A stretch of DNA of 64,000 nt. It comes from Capsulimonadaceae bacterium. GTDB taxonomy: Bacteria > Armatimonadota > Armatimonadia > Armatimonadales > Capsulimonadaceae. Shown piece after piece: positions 62,925 to 64,000 of the stretch. Position 1 is the first letter of the stretch. Each line of letters starts with the position of its first letter. Both the position numbers and the translations under genes were made by a program. The notes below the pieces were generated by a model. That model saw only the letters and a program-made list of their open reading frames with translations. It had not been told where the DNA came from and ran no database searches. The stretch covers positions 2,528,001 to 2,592,000 of the forward strand of contig OZ244065.1 of assembly GCA_965215505.1 (NCBI GenBank). Reading direction: 5' to 3'.

Positions 62925-62958
62925 ATTCTACCATACTGCCTTGCAAGAATCATGCCAA
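62925..62958 (-). promoter_or_regulatory. Sigma54 (-24/-12) promoter with an adjacent extended -10 element, upstream of the EPS operon
   Basis: TTGGCATGATTCTTGCA (GG-N10-GC) at 62942-62958; TGgTAGAAT at 62925-62933. Confidence 0.7.
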
Positions 62959-62988
62959 TTGTACCGGGGCGCCTGCCGCGCTCGGTGG

Positions 62989-63537
62989 TCAGGGCCTAGC
63001 GGCTCCAGGCCCACCGCCCCCTGGACCGCCGCCCCCTGGACCGCCGCCCGGACCGCCGCGCCCGCCGGGGGGCCGGGTGCGGATGACGATCTCGTCGGCG
63101 CTCTTCTCGTCTTTGCTGACGATGCGCGCGCGCAGCCCCATCTTCAGGGCCGCCGCCGAGGCCGGCTTTTGGTCCACGGTGATCTTGGTGGCGGGGGTCA
63201 CGGTGAAGGTCTTGGGGACTCCGTCGCGGCCCTGGACCGTGATCGAGGTCGCGCTGAGGGTCGTGATCTGGCCGCGCGTTCCCGGTGCCCGCTGTCCGCC
63301 CGGAGCGCCCGCACCCGGAGCGCCCGCCGGGGGGCCGCTGCCCGCCGCGACCATGGCCCGATATGTGGCGGGGTCAACGGCCGGGGCGGAGGGCGGGATC
63401 TGGCGGATGATGGTCAGCGCGGAAACTCCCACGGCGGCGAGGCAGGCGGCCCCGATCACCCACTTCTTTTTCTTGTCCTCGGCCGGCTTCTCACCCGTCG
63501 GCATTTCTCCCGCCGGCATCTCTTCAGGGATTGACAT
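62989..63537 (-). CDS. Membrane-anchored hypothetical protein (DUF5666-like beta domain, Gly/Pro-rich tail)
   Basis: SD AAGGAGG; KKKKW + TM helix; RGQITTLSATSITV...TKITVD...LKMGLRARI; GGPG repeats. Confidence 0.7.
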   Translation of the reverse strand: MSIPEEMPAGEMPTGEKPAEDKKKKWVIGAACLAAVGVSALTIIRQIPPSAPAVDPATYRAMVAAGSGPPAGAPGAGAPGGQRAPGTRGQITTLSATSITVQGRDGVPKTFTVTPATKITVDQKPASAAALKMGLRARIVSKDEKSADEIVIRTRPPGGRGGPGGGPGGGGPGGGGPGAARP

Positions 63538-63614
63538 CTTTGCGCCCTCCTTCTTCGGGCGACAGGACGCCCTTAGTGGCATCGTAGCAGGCGATCGTGA
63601 AAAGCACATGAAAA

Positions 63615-63636
63615 ACGGGACACAATACGGGACACA
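63615..63636. promoter_or_regulatory. Direct repeat, possible regulator binding site
   Basis: ACGGGACACA twice with 12-bp period, upstream of a TGcTACGAT -10-like element on the minus strand. Confidence 0.45.
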
Positions 63637-63667
63637 CTCTTTGCAGGTCCGGCCGGGCCGCCCCATC

Positions 63668-64000
63668 CTACTCGCCGTATTCCCGCCGGTCGCCCAGGCG
63701 GGGTCCCGCCTCGTCCCCGCCGCCGCGCCGGGCCGCGATCAGCTCCTCGTAGACCGCCACCATGCGCCCGCCGACGTGTTCGGGCGTCCGCGCCTGAGCG
63801 CCCCGCCTGGCCTCCTCGGAAAAGCGCCGGCGGGCGTCCGGGTCCGCCAGGAGGGCGAGCGCCCGGTCGGCCATCGCGCGGGCGTCGTCTGCGACCAGCA
63901 GGCCGTCCACGCCGTCCCGGACCGACTCGGGTGCCCCGCCCGCGTTGACGACGACGCACGGCAGGCCCGCCGCCAGGGCCTCGCCGACGGCCAGGCCCTG
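63668..64000 (-). CDS. GT4 glycosyltransferase, C-terminal part (start lies beyond the window's right edge)
   Basis: QGLAVGEALAAGLPCVVVNAGGAPESVRDGVDGLLV. Confidence 0.9.
   Translation of the reverse strand, partial: QGLAVGEALAAGLPCVVVNAGGAPESVRDGVDGLLVADDARAMADRALALLADPDARRRFSEEARRGAQARTPEHVGGRMVAVYEELIAARRGGGDEAGPRLGDRREYGE

Overview
High-GC bacterial chromosomal window. The gene types (DUF1559/H-X9-DG prepilin-like gene, Uma2, GxGYxYP, giant Ig/TTR-repeat surface proteins) suggest Armatimonadota; this is inference only. From left to right: partial arsS, a DUF1559 gene, two divergent fasciclin genes, then tRNA-Arg with the unusual anticodon GCG, with a PD-(D/E)XK homing-endonuclease-like gene sitting between it and a perfect sigma70 promoter. 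Next come an FTR1/CDF-like/feoAB iron operon and an RHS remnant. A ~24 kb minus-strand locus follows: two giant paralogous secreted proteins (nested propeller/malectin/TTR architecture, shared C-terminal domain, shared TTG start and shared SD hairpin), two CsgG/TolB_N-like proteins and an Ig + LptD-like barrel protein. This locus is the best candidate for an undescribed surface-display/secretion system. The rest holds an MFS transporter, an oxidoreductase, a BlaI/M56 pair with operators, a small membrane-peptide gene under a LexA-like box, a frameshifted ParE-type TA pair, GxGYxYP + GH31, xisH (frameshifted)/xisI, PP2C, an APC-permease-histidine kinase fusion with REC and HD-GYP partners, and a sigma54-type exopolysaccharide operon containing GH44 and an acyltransferase-flippase fusion. 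All family calls come from motif recognition by eye; no database searches were run.
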